From the NCBI GenBank assembly GCA_002633005.1, contig NMRA01000071.1, positions 92,976 through 156,975 of the forward strand: 64,000 nt of DNA. The letters run 5' to 3'. The position numbers were made by a program, and so were the translations under genes. Every line of letters starts with the position of its first letter. Positions within the stretch are counted from its first letter, which is position 1. Shown in pieces: positions 13,492 to 24,612 of this stretch. The DNA comes from Phoronis australis. Taxonomy: Eukaryota; Animalia; Phoronida. A model generated the notes under the pieces. It saw only the letters and a program-made list of their open reading frames with translations, searched no databases and was not told the DNA's origin.

Positions 13492-14059
13492 ATTAGGACG
13501 AATACGGTACTTAGAATCACTATAATTAGATATGATCGTTCCTGACTTGGTATTCGAGTTTAAACAGTCCGGGTGAAAACTTTGGTTCGATTTACACTTC
13601 GAGACACATATTACTTTAGTTGATACTTCAGTGGTAAGAAAATTAAATCTTGGCTCAATAAATGGCTGTAATTCCCACTCTGAAATCAGGACTGTGCAGA
13701 CTGCGTAGGCTCCGACTAGGCTTCACTCGCTGAAGACCGTGGTGTGGAAGGATTGAGTTCCTATGGCCTTAAACACCCAGGAGTCTGCCGATATGTAGAG
13801 GTCCAACTGATTACCTGTTTCACCTATGACCCGAGTGTACTTTTGACCCACATCTCCATGCCTGTCTTCATAATACTCGTCAAGCTCGCTCTGTTTGTTA
13901 CTTACATAATCACTACTATCCACAACATTATATATACTGTTAACTGACCATCGTCTACCACTGATGACGTCACTGATGACATCATTAACAATAAGCCATT
14001 AACATGAAAGTAGCTAACTATTCTATTTCAAATTTTGGGAAATAGATAACCTCACTCAC

Positions 14060-14156
14060 CCCGTCCTTCTTGTCCCGGTCATAAGCGCCATGTAAGTACT
14101 CCATACAAACTACATCATTCTCGTTTAACCAAATCATCACAAATGGTTCAAACCAT
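14060..14156 (-). CDS. unc-13: unc-13 exon, MUN: [32 protein letters not shown], 97 nt
   Basis: ttttttag acceptor, GGG|gtgagt donor; conserved WFEPFV..WL.EN and RDKKDG. Confidence 0.94.
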
Positions 14157-14254
14157 CTAAAAAACAAAACAGACTCCCTTTTGTGCACTTGCAGTCACCG
14201 TGGCAATCTTCAACAATTCTGGTTCTGGTTTATTTTTTAATATTTTTGGATTTT

Positions 14255-14380
14255 TAAGTTGTGTGGGATGTACGTACTGAAATGGGGGGATGCCATTACC
14301 TTCTGTGAGATGTACGTACTGAAATGGGGAGATGCCATTCAGTTGTGTGGGATGTACATACTGAAATGGGGATGCCATTA
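14255..14380. repeat. ~38-bp degenerate repeat, 3 copies
   Basis: tgtgtgggatgtacgtactgaaatgggg..atgccatt. Confidence 0.8.
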
Positions 14381-15810
14381 CGTACGGCAGCTTAAATCCA
14401 TTTGGTGAAAATAAAATTAATGTTCAGTTATTACATACTAACAGCAAGAAATCACACTACATATTATTAAACCTTGCATTTTAAAATGGAGTTTTCCTCC
14501 GCACAACTTTCCATCATTTTGGTAATTGTATCTCGGCCTTTTGTTGTAGGATGTATAGAAACTTCTGCATTGGTTGTGTTTAAAGACCTTTCAAATTAAA
14601 ATACAAGATGTACTTTCACCAAGTCTTGGCAGAATGTGCAAGATTTTGTCCATATCCTCTTGTGCAGAAATGTCAGTGCATTCCTCTCCAGAAATTTCCA
14701 TTACTAGTTATATAATTCTTGTACCATGATAGTATGTTACCTAGTTGCAGAAAGAAAATTTTCAATGGCAGACATCTTGACGCTGAACTCGCCTTTTTTC
14801 ACGGCAACAAATGCACTTGACTTCTGAATGCACGAGTCCGCATGGGCTTGGTGCAAAGCTGTGACAGCGCAAAGCTTTGCACCAATGTGAGTAAAAAATT
14901 GACAAAATGAAATCTGACACAAAATTAGTGTCATAAAAAGCTATTCTCTTCCTTGAGTAAACTTAATTATTTACCAGTGTTGCAATATGACATTCTACCT
15001 TTATTTTGCTGTTAAAATTGTAGTGCAGTTCTTTGCATCAGCTTTTGATGCCATGAATTATTACGTCACTATTGGCCAGTTTCTTTTTCCCTAATTATTC
15101 AATCAAATATTTTTCTCTTCCACGAGGTTGTGAACACTTCACAACAAATTATCGGAACTGGTTTCATTTCGTTACAAGTTTTTAGTATTTTAATACCTGC
15201 AAAAATATTGCTGCTACATAGCTATCATCATCTCCCATAACACGTCACAAAATTTTAAGAAATGGTGCACGCACGTGCCCTGAGCGTACTGTTTTAAAAA
15301 TGACACAGACTTTTCTTTGTTAAAAAAAGCAAAGAATTACGCAAGAAAATGACATTTATTAAAGTGTTTACCACTTAAACGGCTGCAACGGGCAAGATGA
15401 GCATTAGTTGAACCCCAGATTTTGCAGGTTTGAATGACGAAATATGTACTATACATTCAAATTGTTCATAACTTATTGGTAATACCAGTTTGTACCTTGC
15501 CCACCCTTCAACACACAGTCAGGTAAAACATCCAGGTAAAAATTTTGACCTCCAAAAATTCCAGATTGAAATTTTGGGTTTAAGCCAGAAAATCCAGGCA
15601 GAAAAATGTTCCTAAAATTGTCACTAGGAACACTGTTCTCAGATTTTCGTCGGGTTCTCATCTGAAATGTTTACTTGTATTTGCTTGCATTCACTAGAAA
15701 TACAATCAACTAAGTTACTTACTAATATTCACGACTGAATATTTTAAGGTTGTTAATCATTTTTTCACAACAAAGAATGGAAAGACAAAACTTGTTAATT
15801 ACAAAGCACT

Positions 15811-18800
15811 GGGTCTGATTGACAGCTTTTAAATATAGGGTCTGATTGACAGCTTTAAAATATAGGGTCTGATTGACAGCTTTTAAATATAGGGTCTGAT
15901 TGACAGCTTTTAAATATAGGGTCTGATTGACAGCTTTTAAATATAGGGTCTGATTGACAGCTTTTAAATATAGGGTCTGATTGACAGCTTTTAAATATAG
16001 GGTCTGATTGACAGCTTTTAAATATAGGGTCTGATTGACAGCTTTTAAATATAGGGTCTGATTGACAGCTTTTAAATATAGGGTCTGATTGACAGCTTTT
16101 AAATATAGGGTCTGATTGACAGCTTTTAAATATAGGGTCTGATTGACAGCTTTTAAATATAGGGTCTGATTGACAGCTTTTAAATATAGGGTCTGATTGA
16201 CAGCTTTTAAATATAGGGTCTGATTGACAGCTTTTAAATATAGGGTCTGATTGACAGCTTTTAAATATAGGGTCTGATTGACAGCTTTTAAATATAGGGT
16301 CTGATTGACAGCTTTTAAATATAGGGTCTGATTGACAGCTTTTAAATATAGGGTCTGATTGACAGCTTTTAAATATAGGGTCTGATTGACAGCTTTTAAA
16401 TATAGGGTCTGATTGACAGCTTTTAAATATAGGGTCTGATTGACAGCTTTTAAATATAGGGTCTGATTGACAGCTTTTAAATATAGGGTCTGATTGACAG
16501 CTTTTAAATATAGGGTCTGATTGACAGCTTTTAAATATAGGGTCTGATTGACAGCTTTTAAATATAGGGTCTGATTGACAGCTTTTAAATATAGGGTCTG
16601 ATTGACAGCTTTTAAATATAGGGTCTGATTGACAGCTTTTAAATATAGGGTCTGATTGACAGCTTTTAAATATAGGGTCTGATTGACAGCTTTTAAATAT
16701 AGGGTCTGATTGACAGCTTTTAAATATAGGGTCTGATTGACAGCTTTTAAATATAGGGTCTGATTGACAGCTTTTAAATATAGGGTCTGATTGACAGCTT
16801 TTAAATATAGGGTCTGATTGACAGCTTTTAAATATAGGGTCTGATTGACAGCTTTTAAATATAGGGTCTGATTGACAGCTTTTAAATATAGGGTCTGATT
16901 GACAGCTTTTAAATATAGGGTCTGATTGACAGCTTTTAAATATAGGGTCTGATTGACAGCTTTTAAATATAGGGTCTGATTGACAGCTTTTAAATATAGG
17001 GTCTGATTGACAGCTTTTAAATATAGGGTCTGATTGACAGCTTTTAAATATAGGGTCTGATTGACAGCTTTTAAATATAGGGTCTGATTGACAGCTTTTA
17101 AATATAGGGTCTGATTGACAGCTTTTAAATATAGGGTCTGATTGACAGCTTTTAAATATAGGGTCTGATTGACAGCTTTTAAATATAGGGTCTGATTGAC
17201 AGCTTTTAAATATAGGGTCTGATTGACAGCTTTTAAATATAGGGTCTGATTGACAGCTTTTAAATATAGGGTCTGATTGACAGCTTTTAAATATAGGGTC
17301 TGATTGACAGCTTTTAAATATAGGGTCTGATTGACAGCTTTTAAATATAGGGTCTGATTGACAGCTTTTAAATATAGGGTCTGATTGACAGCTTTTAAAT
17401 ATAGGGTCTGATTGACAGCTTTTAAATATAGGGTCTGATTGACAGCTTTTAAATATAGGGTCTGATTGACAGCTTTTAAATATAGGGTCTGATTGACAGC
17501 TTTTAAATATAGGGTCTGATTGACAGCTTTTAAATATAGGGTCTGATTGACAGCTTTTAAATATAGGGTCTGATTGACAGCTTTTAAATATAGGGTCTGA
17601 TTGACAGCTTTTAAATATAGGGTCTGATTGACAGCTTTTAAATATAGGGTCTGATTGACAGCTTTTAAATATAGGGTCTGATTGACAGCTTTTAAATATA
17701 GGGTCTGATTGACAGCTTTTAAATATAGGGTCTGATTGACAGCTTTTAAATATAGGGTCTGATTGACAGCTTTTAAATATAGGGTCTGATTGACAGCTTT
17801 TAAATATAGGGTCTGATTGACAGCTTTTAAATATAGGGTCTGATTGACAGCTTTTAAATATAGGGTCTGATTGACAGCTTTTAAATATAGGGTCTGATTG
17901 ACAGCTTTTAAATATAGGGTCTGATTGACAGCTTTTAAATATAGGGTCTGATTGACAGCTTTTAAATATAGGGTCTGATTGACAGCTTTTAAATATAGGG
18001 TCTGATTGACAGCTTTTAAATATAGGGTCTGATTGACAGCTTTTAAATATAGGGTCTGATTGACAGCTTTTAAATATAGGGTCTGATTGACAGCTTTTAA
18101 ATATAGGGTCTGATTGACAGCTTTTAAATATAGGGTCTGATTGACAGCTTTTAAATATAGGGTCTGATTGACAGCTTTTAAATATAGGGTCTGATTGACA
18201 GCTTTTAAATATAGGGTCTGATTGACAGCTTTTAAATATAGGGTCTGATTGACAGCTTTTAAATATAGGGTCTGATTGACAGCTTTTAAATATAGGGTCT
18301 GATTGACAGCTTTTAAATATAGGGTCTGATTGACAGCTTTTAAATATAGGGTCTGATTGACAGCTTTTAAATATAGGGTCTGATTGACAGCTTTTAAATA
18401 TAGGGTCTGATTGACAGCTTTTAAATATAGGGTCTGATTGACAGCTTTTAAATATAGGGTCTGATTGACAGCTTTTAAATATAGGGTCTGATTGACAGCT
18501 TTTAAATATAGGGTCTGATTGACAGCTTTTAAATATAGGGTCTGATTGACAGCTTTTAAATATAGGGTCTGATTGACAGCTTTTAAATATAGGGTCTGAT
18601 TGACAGCTTTTAAATATAGGGTCTGATTGACAGCTTTTAAATATAGGGTCTGATTGACAGCTTTTAAATATAGGGTCTGATTGACAGCTTTTAAATATAG
18701 GGTCTGATTGACAGCTTTTAAATATAGGGTCTGATTGACAGCTTTTAAATATAGGGTCTGATTGACAGCTTTTAAATATAGGGTCTGATTGACAGCTTTT

Positions 18801-20176
18801 AAATATAGGGTCTGATTGACAGCTTTTAAATATAGGGTCTGATTGACAGCTTTTAAATATAGGGTCTGATTGACAGCTTTTAAATATAGGGTCTGATTGA
18901 CAGCTTTTAAATATAGGGTCTGATTGACAGCTTTTAAATATAGGGTCTGATTGACAGCTTTTAAATATAGGGTCTGATTGACAGCTTTTAAATATAGGGT
19001 CTGATTGACAGCTTTTAAATATAGGGTCTGATTGACAGCTTTTAAATATAGGGTCTGATTGACAGCTTTTAAATATAGGGTCTGATTGACAGCTTTTAAA
19101 TATAGGGTCTGATTGACAGCTTTTAAATATAGGGTCTGATTGACAGCTTTTAAATATAGGGTCTGATTGACAGCTTTTAAATATAGGGTCTGATTGACAG
19201 CTTTTAAATATAGGGTCTGATTGACAGCTTTTAAATATAGGGTCTGATTGACAGCTTTTAAATATAGGGTCTGATTGACAGCTTTTAAATATAGGGTCTG
19301 ATTGACAGCTTTTAAATATAGGGTCTGATTGACAGCTTTTAAATATAGGGTCTGATTGACAGCTTTTAAATATAGGGTCTGATTGACAGCTTTTAAATAT
19401 AGGGTCTGATTGACAGCTTTTAAATATAGGGTCTGATTGACAGCTTTTAAATATAGGGTCTGATTGACAGCTTTTAAATATAGGGTCTGATTGACAGCTT
19501 TTAAATATAGGGTCTGATTGACAGCTTTTAAATATAGGGTCTGATTGACAGCTTTTAAATATAGGGTCTGATTGACAGCTTTTAAATATAGGGTCTGATT
19601 GACAGCTTTTAAATATAGGGTCTGATTGACAGCTTTTAAATATAGGGTCTGATTGACAGCTTTTAAATATAGGGTCTGATTGACAGCTTTTAAATATAGG
19701 GTCTGATTGACAGCTTTTAAATATAGGGTCTGATTGACAGCTTTTAAATATAGGGTCTGATTGACAGCTTTTAAATATAGGGTCTGATTGACAGCTTTTA
19801 AATATAGGGTCTGATTGACAGCTTTTAAATATAGGGTCTGATTGACAGCTTTTAAATATAGGGTCTGATTGACAGCTTTTAAATATAGGGTCTGATTGAC
19901 AGCTTTTAAATATAGGGTCTGATTGACAGCTTTTAAATATAGGGTCTGATTGACAGCTTTTAAATATAGGGTCTGATTGACAGCTTTTAAATATAGGGTC
20001 TGATTGACAGCTTTTAAATATAGGGTCTGATTGACAGCTTTTAAATATAGGGTCTGATTGACAGCTTTTAAATATAGGGTCTGATTGACAGCTTTTAAAT
20101 ATAGGGTCTGATTGACAGCTTTTAAATATAGGGTCTGATTGACAGCTTTTAAATATAGGGTCTGATTGACAGCTTT
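15811..20176. repeat. 27-bp satellite, ~162 near-identical copies, ending at a single-N join (20177)
   Basis: (gggtctgattgacagcttttaaatata)n; I saw only one variant copy (~15855). Confidence 0.99.
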
Positions 20177-20177
20177 N

Positions 20178-20608
20178 CATTCTAACATACCACATCATAC
20201 AGTGTTACGTTCATTCTAACATACTACATCATACAGTGCTACGTCCATTCTAACATACCACATCATACAGTGTTACGTTCATTCTAACATACTACATCAT
20301 ACAGTGCTACGTTCATTCTAACATACCACATCATACAGTGCTATGTTCATTCCAACATATCACACTATACAGTGTTACGTTCATTCTAACATATCATAGT
20401 GTTACCTTCACTCTAATATACCATATCACTCAGAGTTACCTTCATAATAACATATCAAATCATACAATGTTACCTTCATTCTAACACAGGATATTGTACT
20501 TGTTACCTTCATTATAACGTGGCACATTGCAAGGGTGTAACCTTCATTCTTATGAAACCTATTGTATAGAATTGCCTTCAATCCAGAATGTTAATGGAAA
20601 TTGGTTAC
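20178..20608. repeat. 34-bp minisatellite apparently derived from the adjacent exon donor junction
   Basis: cattctaacataccacatcatacagtgttacgtt; exon-proximal copies read gttaccttcatt, like the true junction ggttaccttcattctaaa. Confidence 0.85.
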
Positions 20609-20698
20609 CTTCATTCTAAAGAATGTAATACTGGTCAGGAGGTCGACTGTTGACTTGAGATCTTGAAGGCGAGCAGGATCTGATGCTGGGAAGTATTT
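20609..20698 (-). CDS. unc-13: unc-13 exon: [30 protein letters not shown], 90 nt
   Basis: gttgcag acceptor, AAG|gtaacc donor. Confidence 0.95.
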
Positions 20699-20892
20699 CT
20701 GCAACAGTTTACATAATATATTATGTAAAGCATAACACCAAGATTCACGCGAATGAACAAACTATATTAAGTAAATGGACATTGCGTTATTAAAATAGAA
20801 AATATTGTGGATTTGTTTTGGATATGAGAGTCTACAATCAATTGGAGGATTTAACAGTATGTAATACCAGTTTTAAGTAAGAGCACACTTAC

Positions 20893-20961
20893 CCTATATT
20901 CAGACAAATCAATCCTCAAGGAATTGTGTAACTGATCAAGAAGCTTCACAAACTTTTCTTT
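20893..20961 (-). CDS. unc-13: unc-13 exon: [23 protein letters not shown], 69 nt
   Basis: tttttcag acceptor, AGG|gtaagt donor. Confidence 0.95.
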
Positions 20962-21159
20962 CTGAAAAATTCAAAGGAATAATAATTACTCAGAATATAC
21001 ACAAGAGCAATACAGGGCATTCACATGCACCTACAATGTGCATCACACACAACACAGTGTTAATATGAACACACCATACACATCACTTACATTACAAGGT
21101 GTTGATATGAGCCCACCACGCGCATCGCATACAGCAAAGAGGGATTATATGCACAACTT

Positions 21160-21340
21160 ACAGTTAGCCCTCATGAGGGGCTATTTGATGGTGAATACAG
21201 CTTACACTTAGCCCTCATGAGGGGCTATTTGATGGTGAATACAGCTTACACTTAACCCTCATGAGATGCTACACTGATGGCGAATACAACTTACACTTAC
21301 AGTAGCCCTCATGAGGGGTTACACTAAAAGGTGAATACCA
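21160..21340. repeat. ~44-bp minisatellite, ~4 copies
   Basis: agccctcatgaggggctatttgatggtgaatacagcttacactt. Confidence 0.85.
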
Positions 21341-21407
21341 GATACACATAGCACAAGTTTAACAAACATCAATGAATCTATTTAGTGATAGTCAGTTGTA
21401 TACCTAC

Positions 21408-21558
21408 CCCAAAGTTGGATGCTGCAAATCGATCACTGGCCGAAACATGGCGTAAGGCTATTGGATGTGCATAGAAAGCATTGATGTTAGCCAGTAGAGT
21501 ACTCATGACAGCTGGGCAGCCTGGAGACATGTACTTGGTGAGAAGACATGAGAAATGT
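21408..21558 (-). CDS. unc-13: unc-13 exon: [50 protein letters not shown], 151 nt
   Basis: tattacag acceptor, GGG|gtaggt donor. Confidence 0.95.
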
Positions 21559-22152
21559 CTGTAATAATAAAACACATGAGAGAGATGTTTGGAAAGAGAT
21601 GTGCAACATTATAACATATCATAAGTAATGAAAAGATAGCAAAGGCACAACACACCAGAGGCAAGAGCAGAACAGTGTCGCCCCACTGTGTCCACCTTAA
21701 ACAACAGAGATAAAGGGTGCTACTGTTTAGCGCGTGGCAGTTGCACCAATTCTCCATCAGTGCTGCTCTCTTCATTATCAAACGTTGATCCAAAAACAAC
21801 TTAGCTAATGATGAGACAGAAGGGAAGAAAATCCTAACTGCTACAAGAAAACATGAAGTACTAAACATTCTATGATCATCAAGGATTATAAAAGTATAGG
21901 GTCTACAATTCATAGTTAAAAAGTTATCTAAATAAGTAAATAAAACAACAGAATGGATCAACTGAAATTTTCAGATGAAATAACGTCCTTTGTCAACAGA
22001 AACAGATTTTACTTTATTTTACTTCATTTCTGTCAAGTGGGTCCTGCATAACCTTAACCTGACCATCAACTCATCCACAACATAGACTTACGTCATTGCC
22101 TGGTACATGGACTCTATTCCAACCATCAACTTATCCACAACGTAAGACTTAC

Positions 22153-22250
22153 GTCATTGCCTGGTATATCGACTCTATTCCATATCTCATTGCAAATTCG
22201 TCCACAATTTCTTGTCCTGGTTCATCAAAGTACACTTTCCATGCTTCATC
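22153..22250 (-). CDS. unc-13: unc-13 exon: [32 protein letters not shown](T), 98 nt
   Basis: ctaactag acceptor, AC|gtaagt donor; conserved [11 protein letters not shown] motif. Confidence 0.95.
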
Positions 22251-22339
22251 CTAGTTAGCACAAAGCAAATCATATTAAATCTATTAACAAACTATGTCAC
22301 TGTTTATTGATTTAGCCACAACACAATAAGCTAAAGATC

Positions 22340-22540
22340 ACTTAGCATAATACATGAAGGTCTCTTAGCACAATACATGAAGGTCTCTTAGCATAATACA
22401 TGAAGGTCTCTTAGCATAATACATGAAGGTCTCTTAGCATAATACATGAAGGTCTCTTAGCATAATACATGAAGGTCTCTTAGCATAATACATGAAGGTC
22501 TCTTAAGCACAATACATGAAGGTCTCTTAGCATAATACAT
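22340..22540. repeat. 24-bp minisatellite, ~8 copies
   Basis: cttagcataatacatgaaggtct(ct). Confidence 0.9.
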
Positions 22541-22704
22541 ATTAAGATCCCTCACCATAATACATATGCCAATTAATCTTATTGAAGTGTTCTGACATCA
22601 TTTGATTAAGACCACTTACCACAAGAAAACTGGTTTCAATTTGTTTCAAACTGAATTGAGAAGTGAATTCTAGGCTAGCAAACAGACAACAGTTCATTAT
22701 TCCT

Positions 22705-23050
22705 TGACACCATGCTCTGTGCATAGAATGAAACATCGAGACACCATACTCCATGCATAGAATGACACGATGTGACATCAAGCTCCATGCATAGAGTGAC
22801 ACTATGTGACACCATGCTCTTTGCATAGAGTGACACTATGTGACACCATGCTCTGTGCATGTAATGACACTACGTGACATCAAGCTCCATGCATAGAATG
22901 ACACTACGCGACACCATGCTCTGTGCACAGAATGACATGACGTGACATCAAGCGCCGTGCATAGAATGACACGTCGTGACATCAAGCTCCGTGCATAGAA
23001 TAAAATGTAGTGACACCATGCTCCGTGTATAGAGTGACGCAATGTGACAA
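22705..23050. repeat. 33-bp minisatellite, ~10 copies
   Basis: gtgacaccatgctctgtgcatagaatgacacta variants. Confidence 0.88.
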
Positions 23051-23249
23051 GCTAACTTGTTTTGTCTGGTCTTGAACAATAATGATGTCAAATCAACGAT
23101 AATTTGATGAAAGGCAGGATATGAGACCAATTTCATAATGGTAAGTAGTCTAAAAAGCTAGAAAGCAGATTTAATGAGGCTTTAGTACATCAAATGATGG
23201 ATGTGAGGTAGAAAGTAGACAGAGACAAAACATTTAGTTCATAACCGCA

Positions 23250-23550
23250 AGCGCTGGGTACAGAACAACTAACGCTGGGTAGGAAACAACTAACGCTGGG
23301 TAGAGAACAACTAACGATGGGTACAGAACAACTAATGATGGGTACAGAACAACTAACGCTGGGTACAGAACAACTAACGCTGGGTAGAGAACTAACGCTG
23401 GGTACAGAACAACTAACGCTGGGTACAGAACAACTAACGATGGGTACAGAACAACTAACGATGGGTATAGAACAACTAATGATGGGTACAGAACTAACGA
23501 TGGGTAGAGAACAACTAATGATGGGTACAGAACAACTAACGATGGGTACA
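23250..23550. repeat. 21-bp minisatellite, ~14 copies
   Basis: gggtacagaacaactaacg(c/a)t. Confidence 0.92.
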
Positions 23551-23772
23551 AAAGGATGTGTTAGGTAAAGGAAAGCAATGGAAAGAATGCAATGTGTCAA
23601 TTCTAAGACATTAGCATGAGGTCACTGTGAATTGTGTCATATATTAGGAAACTTTGGTTAACATATCTTGGTTCATTAATTGATATTTCAAAAGGATTTG
23701 CCTTTTTATAAGCCATAATTACATCCCACCACACAGCAGTGGAAATGTGGCGGCATCAAAATTGAATGAAAG

Positions 23773-24608
23773 GTGTTAAAATACTATTTACAAGTTAATT
23801 TGGAGAAAACGAATGTTGTGGTATTTAAGCGAGGGGGCCTACTTTCAAATAATGAAAGGTTGGTTTTTGGCAACAAGAAAGTAGATACCAAATCGTACTA
23901 TAAGTACCTAGGAGTCACATTCTCCTGCAGACTTGAATGGACAGAGTGTTGTAGAGTACTTGCAAGCCAAGCTCGAAAAGCAATGAGCAGTATTAAAGCC
24001 ACTCTGTCAAAATTTAACTGTATTTCCCATGGAGAGCATTTTAAACTCTTTGACACTATGATAATGCCTATATTAACATAAAGTGCAGATATATGGGAAC
24101 ATCAATGTGTGAAACTATAGAAAAAGTTCATAATGATTTCTGTAAATATGTTCTGAAATTGAGTATTAAAATGCCAAATGCTATGGCTCGTGGTGAATGT
24201 GGGAGAAAATTGTTAATTACAAAATATATTTGTAAACCAATTACCAACTGGACAAAATTACTTGATATGGAAGAGCATACTAGGTACCCACTGAAATATT
24301 ATAGTATGCTTAGGGAACAAGGTGAAAATGGTAACTGTAACTGGGCTAACCGTGTCAAAGAAATTTTGTATCAGTACGGCTATGGAGAAGTGTGGTTATT
24401 TGGCCCAGGCAGTAGTGCTGAATAATGGTATTCAAACAGAGATTACTGGATTGTGGCGTACAGGAATGGCAACTGGAAATAGGTACCGCAAATAAATATG
24501 AATTTTATAGTGTTATTAAACGTGATCTTGTTAGCGAGCAGCATGTGAATTGTTTAAGTGCTTATTCAAGAAGAACACTTGCGCAATTTTGATCTTCAGG
24601 TCACTCAC
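23773..24608 (+). mobile_element. LINE (non-LTR retrotransposon) ORF2 fragment: RT C-terminus and downstream region, decayed
   Basis: LQVNLEKTNVVVF, YKYLGVTF, LFDTMIMPILT, IEKVHNDFCKYVL, PNAMARGECGR, LAQF*SSGHSL; stops and frameshift; exact clade not determined. Confidence 0.85.
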
Positions 24609-24612
24609 TTAA

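Larger units (their letters stand above)
9109..13507. mobile_element. non-autonomous Tc1/mariner (pogo-like) element carrying nested insertions
   Basis: TA|CCGTATTCGCCCTAATA ... TATTAGGACGAATACGG|TA; same family at ~12020-13333, 54832-55804 and ~59790-60489. Confidence 0.75.

Noticed and set aside
14465-14720. LCGGKLHFKMQ on the minus strand as the missing LHFKVK exon
   Set aside because: Only four matching residues, wrong spacing and no compatible splice sites.
15722-20198. 1488-aa and 1447-aa ORFs
   Set aside because: Translations of a 27-bp satellite; their starts lie across an N join in a different repeat; no coding features.
21696-21840. 145-nt AG..GT segment as an alternative to the 151-nt exon
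   Set aside because: Immediate stop in the required frame and no similarity.
22620-22675. Strong gtaagt donor suggesting a cassette exon
   Set aside because: All nearby acceptors give stops in phase 0.
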